This document shows, piece by piece, positions 61,159 through 64,000 of a DNA stretch of 64,000 bases; position 1 is the stretch's first letter, and every line of letters starts with the position of its first letter. This DNA is from Bdellovibrionales bacterium. Lineage in GTDB: Bacteria > Bdellovibrionota > Bdellovibrionia > Bdellovibrionales > JAGQZY01. Below the pieces are notes generated by a model. It was not told where the DNA came from and did not search any database. It saw only the letters and a list, made by a program, of their open reading frames with translations. The position numbers and the translations under genes were made by a program. The DNA is taken from positions 2,183 through 66,182 of the forward strand of contig JAIEOS010000066.1 of the NCBI GenBank assembly GCA_019750295.1, in the 5' to 3' direction.

Positions 61159-61587
61159 TTTTTTCCTCCATCAGAAGGGAATATAACACTTGTTTTTAAA
61201 ATTGATGGTTTGCAGTTTTTGATGACCGGACAAATTTAAAAAGACATTTATAAGATCACTTTAACTTTCTCTTAACCTCCTGTGGAGGGAGATTTAAAGT
61301 CACGCGTGATGCTCTACGCACAACTTTAAAACCTTTCTATAAACGCGAATAAAACAGCAAGAAATCCTGTCAAATTTATTCCAAAAAAATCCACCGGATT
61401 GACGCTCTGCTGGTATCGCTGCGGCAGTTGGTTTCGACCTTTACTCCGTTTTTAGTACCGGTAAATTATTTTTCTTCTCTAGCATAGACTTTTCACCGAA
61501 CCGAAACTTTCCTCAATCGTAGGTTCAACTCGATCGCGCTCACCCGGCCTTGATTTTTGCAGAAACAGATTCTACAACTTTAGAGCT

Positions 61588-62310
61588 ATGGTTCGCCTTT
61601 TTGTATTCCTCTCTTTATTTTACGTTCACTCTTCGCACGGAAAAGTCCTCCTCGTTTCGGATATTGATGATACTTTGAAGGTGTCTCGCGCTCAGAATTT
61701 ATTTTGGAATGTGATCAATGCCTATCGGTCGGGGCCCTCGTTTCGGGGGATGGCCGAGCTTTACGGGATGTTGGCTCAGCATAAGGACGTTAAAATTGTC
61801 TATGTGACGAATGCCCATGATTTTTTTATGCGCCAAAGCCATAGTGCTTTCCTCAAGAAGCATAAGTTTCCCGAAGGGGATATTTTCTTTTGGTCCCAGG
61901 GTTATAAATCCGAACACAAATTCGCCACTTTGTCTGAGCTGCTTAAAGATAAAAACTACGAGCTTGTGATTTTAGTGGGCGACAACGGAAAGGCAGATCC
62001 TATGGTCTATAAAAAGATTGAGACCGCTTTTCCAGAGACGCGCTTTGTGACCTTTATTCGAGATCTTTATGCGAACGGTGGAACTCCTCTCGAGGACGGG
62101 GCGAAAGCTTTTATGAGCTCGGCAGAGGTTTCGCGAGAGCTTTGCAAGATGGGCTTAATCCCGCCAGCCTCGGAGCTCCAGTTCCGAGCCACGATCAATC
62201 AAGAGCTACGTCACAAAGTTATCGTAGAAAATCAGGTTTATGATGCCGCATGGACACGAAAAGCTCCCATGCTCGACGAAAAACCTTGTCTAAAATCCTC
62301 GCATCCTTAA
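61588..62310 (+). CDS. Secreted HAD-superfamily-like phosphatase (App1/DUF2183-like motifs), tandem paralog 1
   Basis: It has a signal peptide and HAD motifs in order: LVSDIDDTLKVS (DxDxT), YVTNA and VGDNGKADP. Confidence 0.55.
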   Translation: MVRLFVFLSLFYVHSSHGKVLLVSDIDDTLKVSRAQNLFWNVINAYRSGPSFRGMAELYGMLAQHKDVKIVYVTNAHDFFMRQSHSAFLKKHKFPEGDIFFWSQGYKSEHKFATLSELLKDKNYELVILVGDNGKADPMVYKKIETAFPETRFVTFIRDLYANGGTPLEDGAKAFMSSAEVSRELCKMGLIPPASELQFRATINQELRHKVIVENQVYDAAWTRKAPMLDEKPCLKSSHP

Positions 62311-62320
62311 AAATAAGTCC

Positions 62321-63028
62321 ATGAAATTCATTCTTATTTTGATTTTAAGTATTACTTTTGCCGGCCCAGTGTGGGGTCGAATGCTTGTCGTGTCGGATAT
62401 TGATGACACTCTCAAGGTGTCTCATGTGAAAAGTTTTTTTGATAGCTTAGCCAATGCCAATAAGGCCGGGCCTGTGTTTAGAGGAATGGTAGACATTTAT
62501 AACGAGCTCGTTACGCAGAATGATCTCGATTTGATTTATGTCACCAACGCTCCCGAGTCCCTTATGTATTCAAGTCATACCTATTTTATTCAGTACAATG
62601 GATTTCCTCAGAGTCCCATTTATTTTTGGACACAGGGGGAGCAGTCTCTGCATAAATTAAATGTCATCAGTCAGTTGCTCGACACGCAAAAGTACGATGC
62701 GGCTATTCTTATTGGGGATAATGGCGAAAAGGATACAAAGATTTACGCGGAGATTCGGCAACGTTATCCTCAAATTAAAATAAAGATTCTTATTCGAACG
62801 CTGTATGCGGACGGAACCCCGTTAGTCGCACCAGCAAAAGCGTTTATGCACCCGGGAGAGCTATCCCTGCCCCTGTGTCGTGCTGGTTTACTCGATATTC
62901 AAAAAGAACAGAGTTTTCGTCGGCGAATGAATAGCGAAATTAAAAATAAAATAGAAACAGAAAATCAGGTCTTCGAACAAGAGTGGACCGTCAAAGTCCC
63001 ACTAATCAAAGAGAGTCCTTGTAAATAG
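62321..63028 (+). CDS. Secreted HAD-superfamily-like phosphatase (App1/DUF2183-like motifs), tandem paralog 2
   Basis: It is collinear with 61588..62310: VVSDIDDTLKVS, YVTNAPE, IGDNGEKDT, and a shared C-terminal ENQV(Y/F)..(A/E)WT.K.P. Confidence 0.55.
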   Translation: MKFILILILSITFAGPVWGRMLVVSDIDDTLKVSHVKSFFDSLANANKAGPVFRGMVDIYNELVTQNDLDLIYVTNAPESLMYSSHTYFIQYNGFPQSPIYFWTQGEQSLHKLNVISQLLDTQKYDAAILIGDNGEKDTKIYAEIRQRYPQIKIKILIRTLYADGTPLVAPAKAFMHPGELSLPLCRAGLLDIQKEQSFRRRMNSEIKNKIETENQVFEQEWTVKVPLIKESPCK

Positions 63029-63046
63029 GACTCCCTCTCAAAAAAA

Positions 63047-63952
63047 TTAATTCGAGCAGCGATCGAAGGAAATACTTTCAGATTCATCGCCTATAGTGAG
63101 GTCGGCCGTTCCGCAACCTGTGATGGTCACTGAGGCCGTTCCACCGCTGGAGCAAGAGCCCGCCCACGTGCCCGACGTGGGGCAATTGCAGGATGAGTTA
63201 TTCCACGTTACGTTCGTCGGCACAAAGTTACAAACATTGCCACTATTATTGTTTGTCACTCTGAGATTACCGCCGGTCATCACACGAGAAGCGCGAGTGG
63301 TTCCGACCACGCTGATCGGTGATGTGATCGTGGTTGTGTAATCGAAGAGCGTCGAGCCGGCGATCGAAAAGGTACGACGAACTCCGTCGTTGGTGACCGA
63401 GAACGTTTTGTTGCTGCCAGAGCCCGAATCCCAAGTGATTCGTTGTCCGATGCTCCCGGTCTTTTCAACATCCAGAGTGGCGTTACGTAAACCGCTCACC
63501 GAAAAGTCGGGAACTCGAGTGATGTGACTTCCCGCAGTTCCCAAAGAGCAGTTGGTGACGCCAGCGCCACCCCACGTGAGAATAACTGTTCCGTTGAAGG
63601 TGGCTTGGCCCACGGTGCATCCCGCGAAATCACGAGTGATTAAGGTTCCGGAGCACGAACCGAACCCCGGCGCCGAACTGCACGAGGCCGCAAAGGCTTG
63701 TGGGAAAAGACTACTAAAAATAGGAGTGTCCTGAGGAGCTAAACGCTTAAAGGTTTTCCTCACACCCTCTTTAAATTGAAGTTCGTTGGTAGCGAGAGTT
63801 CCTGAGGACTGACCGGCCTCGTCCACAGACGCCATAACGTCGCCGATTTGTTGTCCCACTTCCTGATTATCAACGGCATCTTCGTCTTTGCTACATGCGA
63901 GCAGAAGGCCGCTCGAGATCAATGCGATAGAGATTAATTTGAGTAAATTCAT
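63047..63952 (-). CDS. Cys-rich, Thr/Ser/Gly-rich lipoprotein of unknown function
   Basis: It has a lipobox (LLLACS) after MNLLKLISIALISSG, AGGAGG upstream of the ATG at 63952, and about 11 Cys in the mature part (SCSSAPGFGSCSG, SSCNCPTSGTWAGSCSSGG). Confidence 0.6.
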   Translation of the reverse strand: MNLLKLISIALISSGLLLACSKDEDAVDNQEVGQQIGDVMASVDEAGQSSGTLATNELQFKEGVRKTFKRLAPQDTPIFSSLFPQAFAASCSSAPGFGSCSGTLITRDFAGCTVGQATFNGTVILTWGGAGVTNCSLGTAGSHITRVPDFSVSGLRNATLDVEKTGSIGQRITWDSGSGSNKTFSVTNDGVRRTFSIAGSTLFDYTTTITSPISVVGTTRASRVMTGGNLRVTNNNSGNVCNFVPTNVTWNNSSCNCPTSGTWAGSCSSGGTASVTITGCGTADLTIGDESESISFDRCSN

Positions 63953-64000
63953 GGCTCCTCCTGAGTCGTTCAATTCCGAAAAACATTTCGGCACCCCATA

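Overview
The window is a gene-dense chromosomal segment (about 60 CDS on both strands, roughly 50% GC by eye). I found no rRNA, tRNA, CRISPR array or transposase. The gene content points to a Bdellovibrio-like or deltaproteobacterial-type organism: FHA-GGDEF (DgcB-like), FHA-sigma54 activators, several PilZ proteins and an Agl/Glt-type cluster. This taxonomic call is inference only.

The first 42 kb is mostly housekeeping. It contains ddl (partial), gcvP, epmA-like, IHF/HU, pyrD, gdh, hldA/rfaE, rlmN, pgi, a DEAD-box helicase, PIN-PhoH, eno, ftsB, polA, engB and a Kdo block (kdsB-pyrG-kdsD-DUF218-kdsC).

The most notable feature is an 11.7 kb, 10-gene, same-strand cluster at 42358-54033. It encodes two paralogous outer-membrane beta-barrels, three TPR proteins, a small secreted protein, an FHA/TonB-like membrane protein, and a TolQ/ExbB-like channel with two TolR/ExbD-like proteins. 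This is the Myxococcus Agl-Glt (gliding) / Nfs-type envelope-spanning motor architecture.

Together with a GAF hybrid histidine kinase and a GYF-GYF-PilZ protein, the cluster sits between kdsC and lptC/A-lptB-rpoN, two blocks that are normally contiguous.

Other points worth a second look:
- a three-gene unit with an orphan CpaF-like ATPase (27193-29151), followed by a 30-bp-arm palindromic element
- an apparent LptC-LptA fusion
- an EpmA with an extra N-terminal OB-like region
- a 440-bp noncoding leader upstream of an ECF sigma factor
- an HNH endonuclease gene flanked by AT-rich spacers after rpoN
- tandemly duplicated secreted HAD-like phosphatases

All functional calls come from reading motifs by eye in the supplied translations. 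No database search was possible.
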